Part shown: positions 35,814-44,815 of the stretch, piece by piece
Position numbering within the stretch: position 1 is the first letter of the stretch
Layout of the letters: every line of letters starts with the position of its first letter
Origin: an uncultured bacterium
GTDB taxonomy: Bacteria > Oederibacteriota > JAAXVQ01 > JAUVAV01
Assembly (NCBI GenBank): GCA_963710755.1
Contig: CAVQBK010000013.1
Location: 256,001 to 320,000, forward strand
Reading direction: 5' to 3'
Length of the DNA stretch: 64,000 nt
Position numbers and translations under genes: made by a program
The notes under the pieces: model-generated
Database searches by the model: none
What the model was told of the DNA's origin: nothing
The model's input: the letters and a program-made list of their open reading frames with translations, nothing else

Positions 35814-37691
35814 ATGATTAAACTTATCAATCTGAGTAAAAGTTACGGTGCCCAACACCTGTTGGATAATGTGACCTTTAATATCAATGCCAAAGAACGC
35901 ATCGGGGTGGTGGGACGAAATGGGCATGGCAAGACCACTCTCTTTCGCCTGCTTTTGGGTCAGGAAGAACCAGACAGTGGTCAGGTGGTTAAACCCAAAG
36001 ATTACACCGTTGGTTATTTGGAACAGCATATCCGATTTACTGCGGAGACAGTGCTTGAGGAAGCTTGCCTGGGCTTACCCAAGGCTAGAGAGCAGGAAAC
36101 CTGGGTGGCAAAAAAAATTCTGACAGGCTTGGGCTTCCAGGATATGGATTTCAACCGTTCGCCCTGGGATTTTTCCGGTGGTTTTCAAGTACGGCTCAAC
36201 TTGGCCAAAGTCCTGATCAATGAGCCTGACCTGCTGCTGCTCGATGAACCGACCAACTACCTGGATATTATTTCCGTGCGTTGGCTGACCCACTATTTGC
36301 GTCAATGGCCCAAGGAATTGATGCTCATCACCCATGACCGCAGCTTCATGGACAAGGTGGCCACCCACATTCTGGGCATCCACCGCCGCAGTATTCGCAA
36401 AATGACAGGATCCACTCGGAAATATTTTCAGCAATTAATGACCGAGGAAGAAGTCTATGAAAAAACCAGGCTCAATGACGAAAAAAAACGCAAAGATACA
36501 GAACGATTCATCAGCCGTTTTCGCGCTAAAGCCCGCCTGGCCGGATTGGTGCAATCACGCGTTAAAGCCCTGGAAAAATCACAAAAAATGGAACAACTTG
36601 AAAAAATCGAGGACCTTGATTTCCGTTTTCAAGCGGATGTTTTTCCGGCTAAGATCATGGTGGAACTTAACGATGTCTCCTTTCGTTATGACCGGCTGCA
36701 GCATTGGCTGTTTGAAAAATTAAACTTGACCATCGGCAAACAGGACCGGGTGGCCATCATCGGCAAAAACGGCAAAGGCAAAACCACCCTGCTCCGGCTT
36801 ATGGTTCAAGAATTGTTTCCGGTGGAAGGCACCCTTAAAACCCATCCGGCCCTCAAATGTGGTTATTTCGGCCAGACCAACATTGACCGGCTTCAACCTG
36901 AGTTAACCGTGGAAGAAGAATTAATATTGGCCGATCCCGAACAGAGTCGGCAACGGGCCCGCGATGTGGCGGGCATGATGATGTTCAGTGGTGAGGGCGC
37001 TTTAAAAAAAGTCAAGGTACTCTCCGGCGGAGAACGCAGCCGGGTATTGCTGGGCAAATTACTGCTCAGCCCATGCCATCTGCTTTTTCTGGATGAACCG
37101 ACCAACCACCTTGACCTGGAATCATGCCAGGCTTTGCTGGAGGCACTGCGGGTTTTCCCCGGATCAGTGGTCATGGTCACCCATGACGAGTTATTTCTGC
37201 AGCACCTGGCCACCAAACTGGTGGTATTCAACCACGATCAGGCCATGGTTTTCAATGGTGCCTACGCGCAATATTTAAACGATGTGGGTTGGGAGGATGC
37301 CCAGGCCAGCGAGATTCTCGCTGCAGCCACCCGGGGAGACACCCATGAACAACTGCCTGACTTAAAGGAGGCTGACTTCAGCCCGGTGGTCAGTAAAAAA
37401 TCCTTGCGCCAAGAGAAGGCCCGACGTCTTCAGGAAAAAACGCGGCGGTTAAAACCCCTGGAGCTCAAAATGCAAGGTCTGGAAACCAGTATCGAAAACT
37501 TGGAAACCGAATTGGCCGCGAACCAGCAAGCGCTAATTACAGCCTCTATGGAAGCCGATGTGGCCCAATTGGCGGCCCTACCCAAACGGAACAAGGAAAT
37601 CGAACACCAGTTAGAAGAAATGTACGGCCATCTCACTGAGATCAGCGAAACTTATGAAGCGATGGCCAAAGAATTAGAAGACCATCTTTAG
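35814..37691 (+). CDS. ABC-F family ribosome-associated ATPase
   Basis: Two ABC domains (GRNGHGKTT/FSGG/DEPTN and GKNGKGKTT/LSGGE/DEPTN), C-terminal coiled coil, no TM. Confidence 0.93.
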   Translation: MIKLINLSKSYGAQHLLDNVTFNINAKERIGVVGRNGHGKTTLFRLLLGQEEPDSGQVVKPKDYTVGYLEQHIRFTAETVLEEACLGLPKAREQETWVAKKILTGLGFQDMDFNRSPWDFSGGFQVRLNLAKVLINEPDLLLLDEPTNYLDIISVRWLTHYLRQWPKELMLITHDRSFMDKVATHILGIHRRSIRKMTGSTRKYFQQLMTEEEVYEKTRLNDEKKRKDTERFISRFRAKARLAGLVQSRVKALEKSQKMEQLEKIEDLDFRFQADVFPAKIMVELNDVSFRYDRLQHWLFEKLNLTIGKQDRVAIIGKNGKGKTTLLRLMVQELFPVEGTLKTHPALKCGYFGQTNIDRLQPELTVEEELILADPEQSRQRARDVAGMMMFSGEGALKKVKVLSGGERSRVLLGKLLLSPCHLLFLDEPTNHLDLESCQALLEALRVFPGSVVMVTHDELFLQHLATKLVVFNHDQAMVFNGAYAQYLNDVGWEDAQASEILAAATRGDTHEQLPDLKEADFSPVVSKKSLRQEKARRLQEKTRRLKPLELKMQGLETSIENLETELAANQQALITASMEADVAQLAALPKRNKEIEHQLEEMYGHLTEISETYEAMAKELEDHL

Positions 37692-37772
37692 GGGTCGCAA
37701 ACCCAGACAAGCCAGGAACGAGTGCGAGGGTCTATCCGAAGTCTTAGCCCCGTTGTCCCCCCGGAACAGGGT

Positions 37773-37814
37773 TAAAATACCCGTATGGAGATGCGGGGTA
37801 TGGGTGAGGACGAC
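37773..37814 (-). repeat. Post-stop trailer, family B copy 1 (hairpin plus T-tract)
   Basis: GTCGTCCTC-ACCCA-TACCCCGCATCTCCATACGGGTATTTTA, directly after the PilZ gene stop; related copy at 44065-44106. Confidence 0.7.
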
Positions 37815-38255
37815 CTAATTAAGATTGGGATCGTCAGCAGATAGAAGTTGGAATTCCTTGGCAAAGTCCGCCAGTTTTTGCCGGTCTTCAATCACCAGAT
37901 GCAGGAATTGCAGTCCCATGGAAAACAGTGTGCCCTCTACCGGCTGGCACCAAGCCACCCGAGACAACACATTCACCGGAGTACAGCCCTTTTCACTGCA
38001 AACCACTTGATCGGTCAAATGACGTCTAATTTTTTCAGACGGAATAAACAGGGTGACCATCAACAATTGGCCGATATTCATTTTTTTCTCACCATTTAAA
38101 GCTATGCCGCCAAAGCTGATATTTTCCGAAGCGGTTGCAACCAGACAGGACTTTTCTTCATCGATGCAATGATAATGCACAGCGAGTTTGAACTTTTTGC
38201 GCGGAAAACGTCGGTTCTCGGCCACCACCTCACCGCGATAGTCCTCAGCACCCAT
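37815..38255 (-). CDS. PilZ domain protein (c-di-GMP receptor)
   Basis: RRFPR and NISFGG (RxxxR, N-x-S-x-x-G), RVAW, GLQF. Confidence 0.85.
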   Translation of the reverse strand: MGAEDYRGEVVAENRRFPRKKFKLAVHYHCIDEEKSCLVATASENISFGGIALNGEKKMNIGQLLMVTLFIPSEKIRRHLTDQVVCSEKGCTPVNVLSRVAWCQPVEGTLFSMGLQFLHLVIEDRQKLADFAKEFQLLSADDPNLN

Positions 38256-38332
38256 TACCCACTACCTCCACAACAAATTTTCTTTTTTAATTTTATATCC
38301 ATTTGCATTTCACATCAAGTGTTACCTGTATT

Positions 38333-38367
38333 AAAAAAAAAGCGCTGATCCTGGTGATCAGCGCTTC
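38333..38367 (-). terminator. Intrinsic terminator after phoU
   Basis: AGCGCTGATC-N-GATCAGCGC stem followed by a T-run on minus. Confidence 0.85.
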
Positions 38368-38383
38368 GGACATTTACCGCGTT

Positions 38384-39043
38384 TCATTCACAATGGCCGT
38401 GGCGGATAATTTTTCCACGGATCATGTACATCACATCCTCGGCAATGTTGGTGGCATAGTCGGCGATGCGCTCCAAATTGCGTGATACCGACGTGACACG
38501 CATCATAAGGGTGGCTTGCCCAGGTTGCTCCATCACTTTTTCTGAAACCAGCTTGTAATTCTTCAGATGAATCTTGTCCACTTCATCATCGGAATCGAGC
38601 ACTTCCTGCGCTTTTTCTTCATCCACATTGACCATGGCGTCCAGGCTGCCGGTCAGCATCTTTTGCACTTTATTCACCATATCTTTAAAATCAATGGGAA
38701 TTTCAAAGGTCTTAACCTCGTGAATGGCAATGGATTGCTCGGCTATATTAACGGCCAAATCGCCGATGCGTTCCAAATCGTTGTTGATTTTGAGAATGGC
38801 AATGACGTAGCGCAGATCAATGGCCACCGGCTGGTGCAAGGCCAGTATTTTCAAACACTCTTCTTCCACTTCAATTTCTTTTTGGTCGATCTGCTCATCA
38901 CTCTCGATAACATCCTGGGCCAGCTTGATATCCCCTTTGCTGACCGAGGTTACAGCCTTCTCTACATTTTGTTCCACCTGGGAACAAACGTTCAGTATTT
39001 TACTTTTAAGTTTGTCCACTTCCGTCTGTAATATAACAGTCAT
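38384..39043 (-). CDS. phoU: Phosphate signalling protein PhoU
   Basis: QPVA.DLR, DLERIGD, D.EVD, LERIADYATNIAE. Confidence 0.96.
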   Translation of the reverse strand: MTVILQTEVDKLKSKILNVCSQVEQNVEKAVTSVSKGDIKLAQDVIESDEQIDQKEIEVEEECLKILALHQPVAIDLRYVIAILKINNDLERIGDLAVNIAEQSIAIHEVKTFEIPIDFKDMVNKVQKMLTGSLDAMVNVDEEKAQEVLDSDDEVDKIHLKNYKLVSEKVMEQPGQATLMMRVTSVSRNLERIADYATNIAEDVMYMIRGKIIRHGHCE

Positions 39044-39291
39044 CTATTCCGGCCTCCTTAGCCGACCCGCCCTATAAAAATTCAATCCCCCTAAGGCCTT
39101 ACACGGTACGGCGTTTTGACAGTTGTTCTTTCAAACCCTTTACTTAAGGGCCTATTTAACCATATCCCTCCACCATTTGCAAACAACTTCATGTGCAGGT
39201 CACAACTCATCAATCCTGTCAGAATAGTCTCAACCCCCCAAGGTCAAAAGTAGGCCTGCCCGTTTCTATCGCAAAGAGCCGCACTAAAATA

Positions 39292-39322
39292 AATCGGAAC
39301 CTGCCTGAAGCAGGTCCCGATT
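39292..39322 (-). terminator. Terminator after the porin gene
   Basis: AATCGG(G/A)ACCTGC-N-GCAGGT(T/C)CCGATT stem, followed by T-rich sequence on minus. Confidence 0.7.
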
Positions 39323-39359
39323 ACCATCAGGAAGCTGTAAAAGCGACAACCGTCAGCTA

Positions 39360-40490
39360 TTAATATTTCACGGACAGGTCGACTTGCAGGCGGTTGTAAT
39401 TAAGCGGCCCTAAGTCACCGGTGGCTGAAATTTGCTTTTGGGAAATGATATAAGTGGCGCCGATGGTGGTTTTGTCCCACATGGCATAGGCAGCAGAAAC
39501 CACAACACCACTGCTGTCGGTTTTGCCGCCGGCGAAATCGGAATCCATAAATAAGCTGGAAGCAATACCATACTTTTTATACATGATCCCCGCCTGGTAA
39601 GTGCCGGCTTTGCTGGCCTTACCCAGGGAGGCACCAAAAGCCATGGCCGCTGTATCTACCTTTTTGCTTTCCGTCGCACCCAGAGGTGTATACTCGCTAT
39701 CAGCAGCACCACCATTTTGGGCAAAATGTCCAAATACTTGCAAGGGCAGTTCCCCCACTTTGGTGCCCAGTTCCAAAAAGGCTTCGCCAATATTGTAGTT
39801 GCGCCCAAAGGTTTGGGGAGACAGGGTAAAAGCATTGAGCCCACCACCTAGCTTGGCTTTAAGATCACCCAATTTCATTTCCACGCCGGCTTGAATGCCG
39901 TAAAACATGGCGTCAATAGTGGTGCTGTTTTCTTTAACCCAGAAGCCGGCCACATTGGAAAATACCTTCATATCACCAGCCGGGACTTCGATTTTGGCCG
40001 CAGCCCCTTCAGGGGTGATATCACCATCCCAAAGAATTTGGTCCCCACCGGGGTTTTCCATGGGGTTGCTCATTTTCCCGAACAAGGCCGTCACGATGGG
40101 TTCTTCCGTACCGAACAATTTTCCTTCTGCATAAGCTTTATCCAAATTGAATGGTTTTTTGGAGAATTCATCGCTCAAGGTCTGATTGGTGGAATTGGCA
40201 TCCGCCGGATCAGTACTGCCCGTGGCTATTTGGCTGACCAGTTTCCATTGGTCATTAACATGGCCTTCCAATTTCAAACGCAGCCGAATGCGGTCACGGT
40301 CGCGATAGGTGTCGTAGGTTTCACCGGCCACGGTGGCATCTTTTTGATCCACAATGCTTTCATAGCGATAGCGAAAATCAGCTGAAACTTTTACTTTATC
40401 GTACCAATTCCCGGCGGATGCGGTTTGCAGGCCTATGGCACCGACAAAACCGGCCACCAGCAAAGCGCTCAAGATAGTTGTTCTTTTCAT
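39360..40490 (-). CDS. Putative outer-membrane porin (putative porin / Porin_5-like)
   Basis: Signal peptide; D.R.RYE, R.R.R.RL, ATG...STNQTL, LD.AY, WD.DI.PEG; C-terminal RLQVDLSVKY beta-signal. Confidence 0.8.
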   Translation of the reverse strand: MKRTTILSALLVAGFVGAIGLQTASAGNWYDKVKVSADFRYRYESIVDQKDATVAGETYDTYRDRDRIRLRLKLEGHVNDQWKLVSQIATGSTDPADANSTNQTLSDEFSKKPFNLDKAYAEGKLFGTEEPIVTALFGKMSNPMENPGGDQILWDGDITPEGAAAKIEVPAGDMKVFSNVAGFWVKENSTTIDAMFYGIQAGVEMKLGDLKAKLGGGLNAFTLSPQTFGRNYNIGEAFLELGTKVGELPLQVFGHFAQNGGAADSEYTPLGATESKKVDTAAMAFGASLGKASKAGTYQAGIMYKKYGIASSLFMDSDFAGGKTDSSGVVVSAAYAMWDKTTIGATYIISQKQISATGDLGPLNYNRLQVDLSVKY

Positions 40491-40680
40491 GGGGTGTTCC
40501 TCCTTAGGTAACAGTTGGTTTAATTCTCAAATCAATAACTAACTCAGATCTTACTCAAACTTGGAGCAATCACCCCCTCGTCAGGCTTAGTAGGCTGTCG
40601 TTAATCCGTTTAAGTTAAAGTTGAATAAACCCGGATGGTTTTGACTTCCTTTAATTTGCGCTGGAGTCTAAGGAAATTAT

Positions 40681-40718
40681 ATTAGGGTTTGATTAGTACA
40701 GAATATGGTTTCCGTTAT
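40681..40718 (-). promoter_or_regulatory. Candidate Pho box (four 11-bp-spaced direct repeats) upstream of the porin
   Basis: Minus strand ATAAC / CATAT / CTAAT / CTAAT at exact 11-bp period. Confidence 0.6.
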
Positions 40719-40878
40719 TTCGGAAGGAAGCAAGAAAGCGGCTAAAGGCCATTTCAGGCTCGATTTCCCGGTTAAATTAGCCGACGGCAAGCCTCGGAGA
40801 TAAAAGGAAAGGTATTAAAGATCCTAGGGTAAGGCTAATTTAAAATAAATATGGAGAGACCTATGCGGATAGATGATC

Positions 40879-42642
40879 TTATCTGGGTAGGTGAAGGGTA
40901 AAAATAGTTCCCTGGTTAATTCGGCTGCTGACCTCTACCGTACCCCGGTGAGCCTGAATGATATGTTTGACAATGGCCAGCCCCAGGCCGGTGCCGCCTT
41001 CATGCCGGCTTCTGGATTTGTCAATGCGATAAAAACGTTCAAACAGCCGTGGCAATTCTTTTTCTGCAATCCCTACTCCCAAATCCTGCACGATAATGGT
41101 GATCCCCTGCTTGTCCACCCTTCCAATCAATTTAATGGGCTCAGTGGTCTGGCTGTATTTGATGGCATTATCCACCAGATTAATAACCGCCTGCTCCAGC
41201 AAATGGGAATTGGCGGTAATCGTAATAGCTTCATCACACTCCACTTCAATAGTCACTTTTTTAGATTTGGCCACCGGCAGGCATTGCGTCATGGACTCGT
41301 CCAGCAATTGGCGTAAGCCCATTGTTTCCGTTTCCAGGCTGCCGGCATCAGCCTGTTCAATCCGGGAAAGATCAAGTAAATTTTCTACAATGGCATGAAG
41401 ACGCACGCTGTTATCCAATATTTTTTTAAGAAACCGAATGGCATCATGCCGTTGGTCAATGGCACCATCGAGCAAGGTCTCCACAAAGCCCTGTATCAGA
41501 GTAATGGGCGTCTTGAGTTCGTGGGAAACATTGGCCACGAACTCGCGGCGAATTTTTTCGAGATGCTTCTGTTCAGTCATATCGTTGAGCACCAGCAGCG
41601 CGCCGCTGAGGTGGCCGTTCTCATCTTGCAAAGGCGTTCCCGTGGTGTGCATGATGCGTTCGCCTTTGTCGTAAAAGACCACTTCCCCCTCCAGGGCGCG
41701 TCCCTCCTCAAGGACTTGCAGCAAGAACTGGTATAGATCGGGCTTGCGGATGCACTCCTGAAAGCTTTTGTCTTTAACTTTCTTGCGGTCCAGCTTGAAC
41801 AGGGCCAGGGCGGAGGTGTTGATTTCCATGAGCTTGTGATTCTTGTCCACGGCGATCACACCTTCTTTCATGGCCCCCAACACGGCTCGCTGTTCCTGCT
41901 GCTGCCGGCTCAGGCTGCGCAGCCGCTCTTCCAGTTGGGTGGCCATGCGGTTCAAGCTATCGGCCAGTTCCCCCATTTCCTCCGAGTTGGGAACAGGATA
42001 GGTGGCGGAAAAATCACCCTTGGCAAAACGCTGGGCCACAGCTTTCATGTCCGCCAGTGGCCGGGTAATTCTGGCGGCCATAATCCAGCTGACGGCCGCG
42101 GCCATCAGGGCGATGACCAGGGCCCATAGAAACAGCTGCCGGTAAGTTTGGCCCAGGGTTTGATTGATAGCGGTTAACGGCAGGGCAGCACGGATAAAAT
42201 AAGGGTTACGTCCGTCCTGCTTGATGGCCACATAAAACATGGGCTTTTGCATAGTCGCGCTTTGCCGCCAAGCCATGCCCAGGCCCGATTCCCGGGCAGT
42301 GAGAATCTCCGGCCGGTGTCCATGATTATCCATGATCCGGGCATCATGGCCGGAATCCGCAAGTACCCGGCCGTCCCCTGCGATGACCGTAAAACGGGTA
42401 TGGCTGGACAATCCCAGCGAGCGCACCAAATGCCTTAATTTTTCCATTTGCTGTTGTTGGACCAGGTTATCCACCTGCAGGCTGATCAAATGAATACGCG
42501 CTTCCAAGCCACGACCGGTTTGATCATAGGCAAAGGTTTTAAAGATGGAGAGAACCAACCAGCCCACGGCCAACAAGGCGATCAGGACAATGATTAAATA
42601 GGAAGGAAACAATTGCCAAATAAGGGGCTTGCGTGTTTTCAT
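40879..42642 (-). CDS. phoR: Phosphate regulon sensor kinase (HAMP-PAS-HisKA-HATPase)
   Basis: NH..RPE, EFVANVSHELKTPIT, RLFERFYR.DKSRSR..GGTGLGL; next to phoB and phoU. Confidence 0.9.
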   Translation of the reverse strand: MKTRKPLIWQLFPSYLIIVLIALLAVGWLVLSIFKTFAYDQTGRGLEARIHLISLQVDNLVQQQQMEKLRHLVRSLGLSSHTRFTVIAGDGRVLADSGHDARIMDNHGHRPEILTARESGLGMAWRQSATMQKPMFYVAIKQDGRNPYFIRAALPLTAINQTLGQTYRQLFLWALVIALMAAAVSWIMAARITRPLADMKAVAQRFAKGDFSATYPVPNSEEMGELADSLNRMATQLEERLRSLSRQQQEQRAVLGAMKEGVIAVDKNHKLMEINTSALALFKLDRKKVKDKSFQECIRKPDLYQFLLQVLEEGRALEGEVVFYDKGERIMHTTGTPLQDENGHLSGALLVLNDMTEQKHLEKIRREFVANVSHELKTPITLIQGFVETLLDGAIDQRHDAIRFLKKILDNSVRLHAIVENLLDLSRIEQADAGSLETETMGLRQLLDESMTQCLPVAKSKKVTIEVECDEAITITANSHLLEQAVINLVDNAIKYSQTTEPIKLIGRVDKQGITIIVQDLGVGIAEKELPRLFERFYRIDKSRSRHEGGTGLGLAIVKHIIQAHRGTVEVSSRINQGTIFTLHLPR

Positions 42643-42644
42643 AC

Positions 42645-43334
42645 TTACTCCTTGAAGCGGTAGCCAACCCCGCGCACAGTCTCGATATAGTTCCCGGCGC
42701 CATTCAGTTTTTTCCGCAACCCCACAATCTGCACATCCACAGATCTTTCCGTTACCGGATAGTCGTCGCCGCGTACACCATCGACCATTTGATAGCGCGT
42801 GAAGACCCAGCCCGGTCGGGAGGCCAGAAATTGCAATAATTTAAATTCCGTCAAAGTAAGGGGCAATAATTTTCCCCGGTATTTAACCTCATGCCGTCCC
42901 GTATGAATCGTCAACTCATGAATTTTAATGGTCTCATCGATTTTAGGCTTGGCCTCGCTTTCCCGCCGACGCAGCACCGCTCTTATCCTGGCCACCACCA
43001 CTTTGGGGCTAAAGGGCTTGGTAATATAATCCTCAGCGCCCAGTTCCAGACCAGCCACCACATCCGATTCTTCTCCTTTGGCCGTGAGCATAATGATAGG
43101 GATCAGCTCGGTTTTGGCTTCCCTCTTCATCTTCTTGCATACGGTCAGTCCGTCCATGCCGGGCAGCATGATGTCCAATAAGATAAGGTCCGGTGATTTG
43201 GTCATCGCCGTCTTGAGACCAGCCTCCCCGGTCAGGGCCCGGACTACTTGGTAGCCCTCTTTTTTCAGATTATAGTCGAGTAATTCACTTATATCTTCAT
43301 CATCTTCGATAACAAGTATTTTTTCTCTGCCCAT
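42645..43334 (-). CDS. phoB: OmpR-family response regulator PhoB/PhoP
   Basis: LDIMLPG, LTAKGEE.D...GLE.GA.DY..KPF, RSVDV.I..LRKK, IETVRGVGY. Confidence 0.88.
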   Translation of the reverse strand: MGREKILVIEDDEDISELLDYNLKKEGYQVVRALTGEAGLKTAMTKSPDLILLDIMLPGMDGLTVCKKMKREAKTELIPIIMLTAKGEESDVVAGLELGAEDYITKPFSPKVVVARIRAVLRRRESEAKPKIDETIKIHELTIHTGRHEVKYRGKLLPLTLTEFKLLQFLASRPGWVFTRYQMVDGVRGDDYPVTERSVDVQIVGLRKKLNGAGNYIETVRGVGYRFKE

Positions 43335-43386
43335 GACTGTCCTCCATCGTGCCTTCATGACTGCAGTATTATTACAACAATTTTTT

Positions 43387-43413
43387 GTTAGGAAAATATT
43401 AAGAAACTGTTAT
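43387..43413 (-). promoter_or_regulatory. Candidate Pho box (three 11-bp-spaced repeats) upstream of phoB
   Basis: Minus strand ATAAC / TTAAT / CTAAC at exact 11-bp period, then an AT-rich -10-like TAATAA. Confidence 0.6.
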
Positions 43414-43868
43414 TTCCAGATACCACGATGCTCCATCATCCAGGCCAGAGCCCGCTGATAGATGCCTGGGCAACTACTCTCCCTGGGGCCGGCCACGTTC
43501 AAACAATGAATTTGATGGTCATGCACCCATCGCTTCAGGACCTCTTCGTCCAAAGCCTGATTCAACTCGCACACCAGAAAAGACCTGCGCAGTTTTTGAG
43601 CCACCGCAATGGTCAAGGCCGTGCCTCCTGTGATTGCACCCCTTTTTAAGATAAGGGTGCCGTCACTGTCACGCACATTCCAGCGCGTCCGTTGTTGATA
43701 GTTACGACTGGGTGTTTCCTGAAGCGGATAAACACCGGCAATCGGGCCGTCTTCCGCCAGGCGTCCTTGGGGGCACCAGCCGCCGCAAGCCACCTTGAGT
43801 CTGAGCGCTGCATCCAAAGCCGCCCGATCCACACCGGTCTGTCCTCCGCTGATAAGCCGATGAACCAT
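43410..43868 (-). CDS. SLOG-superfamily protein (cpYpsA / putative molybdenum carrier family)
   Basis: ISGGQTGVDRAALD, GGWCP.GR.AEDG, RT..NV.DSDGTL, GGT..T, LNVAGPRES. Confidence 0.85.
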   Translation of the reverse strand: MVHRLISGGQTGVDRAALDAALRLKVACGGWCPQGRLAEDGPIAGVYPLQETPSRNYQQRTRWNVRDSDGTLILKRGAITGGTALTIAVAQKLRRSFLVCELNQALDEEVLKRWVHDHQIHCLNVAGPRESSCPGIYQRALAWMMEHRGIWK

Positions 43869-44064
43869 ACCCACCTCTTAGAAATTGTAACATTTATCAA
43901 CAAGTGCAGCAGTAAAATCAAGACTGTTTTTAACGGCTAATGGACAGATGGCCTTATTGCGGCTGCAGTCTTTGATTAGCGATATAAAAAAAGAAGTGAT
44001 TAGGTAAGGCATGCTTATAGAGAGGGATATTTACTGGCAGAGATGGCTTGACGGCAATTACAGC

Positions 44065-44106
44065 TAAAATACCCCGTATTGAAATGCAGGGTAACGCGAG
44101 GACGAC
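44065..44106 (-). repeat. Post-stop trailer, family B copy 2
   Basis: GTCGTCCTC-GCGT-TACCCTGCATTTCAATACGGGGTATTTTA, directly after the stop at 44107. Confidence 0.7.
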
Positions 44107-44628
44107 TTAAGCCTGGTTGGTGCCGGAAGCCGCGATGGGCATGTCATCCAAGAGGATGGATAAATAACCGGGCCCGTAATTTTGCAGTTTGACTTCCAGG
44201 TCCAGCCGTGCGGCCGGATCTTTGGCCAAAGCTGTAATCCCTTCAGACAAAGTTTCGCTGGAAGAAAGAATAGCTTTTAACTTCAGTCCCGGCAGATGAG
44301 GGTTTTTTAGAAATTGACTGATCATATCCATCAAATCATTGAGATTGGACATGACCTCATCCGTGACTTGATGAGCTTCGATATTTTTATTGGCAACCTC
44401 CACAGGAATCATGCTCAGCGCCGCTCCCAAACGATTGACAGCCTGCACATCGCAAAGGCAAAGTCCGGCTACCTTGTCTTCATCGTTTTCATAGGCGGCC
44501 ACTACCATGGGGTCCTCTGTGGTATTCAGTTGCAAGACTTTGCCTTGCGAGACCTCCGTTTCCATTTCCAGCAATTCCCCGATCATTTGCTTTAATTTTT
44601 CCGGATCCGGTAAATGTTCTGCCAGCAT
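44107..44628 (-). CDS. Hypothetical protein, possibly CheX/CheC-fold signalling protein
   Basis: AAGGAG RBS. Pattern LP...LL...Y..D......D......GAAL.MIP...NL...Y G.G.L recalled from an uncharacterised chemotaxis-linked family (not verified). Confidence 0.6.
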   Translation of the reverse strand: MLAEHLPDPEKLKQMIGELLEMETEVSQGKVLQLNTTEDPMVVAAYENDEDKVAGLCLCDVQAVNRLGAALSMIPVEVANKNIEAHQVTDEVMSNLNDLMDMISQFLKNPHLPGLKLKAILSSSETLSEGITALAKDPAARLDLEVKLQNYGPGYLSILLDDMPIAASGTNQA

Positions 44629-44815
44629 GTTGCTCTCCTTGATTTCCGGCACAGGCCCTGGTGATCGTACTGATATTAGTATCGGATTATAATGGCGGAA
44701 ATTAAAGAAGATCCTCACAAAGTAGGATTAACCATAGGCTTATGGTTAATGTTGCTTCCTTACGGTTGCTTGTGCCCGGCAGGGATAGGTTGGCATTTAT
44801 TCAGACTTGGCGGGT

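Noticed and set aside
39058-39081. Remnant of the pstB 3' end (IFIGRVG* versus YITGRFG*) just before phoU
   Set aside because: It is only seven codons, preceded by an in-frame stop, with no further similarity; could be chance.
40722-40732. GGAAGGAAGCA resembling SRP RNA domain IV
   Set aside because: It lacks the preceding TCAGG and the flanking long helix. No ffs-like sequence was seen upstream of dnaX either.
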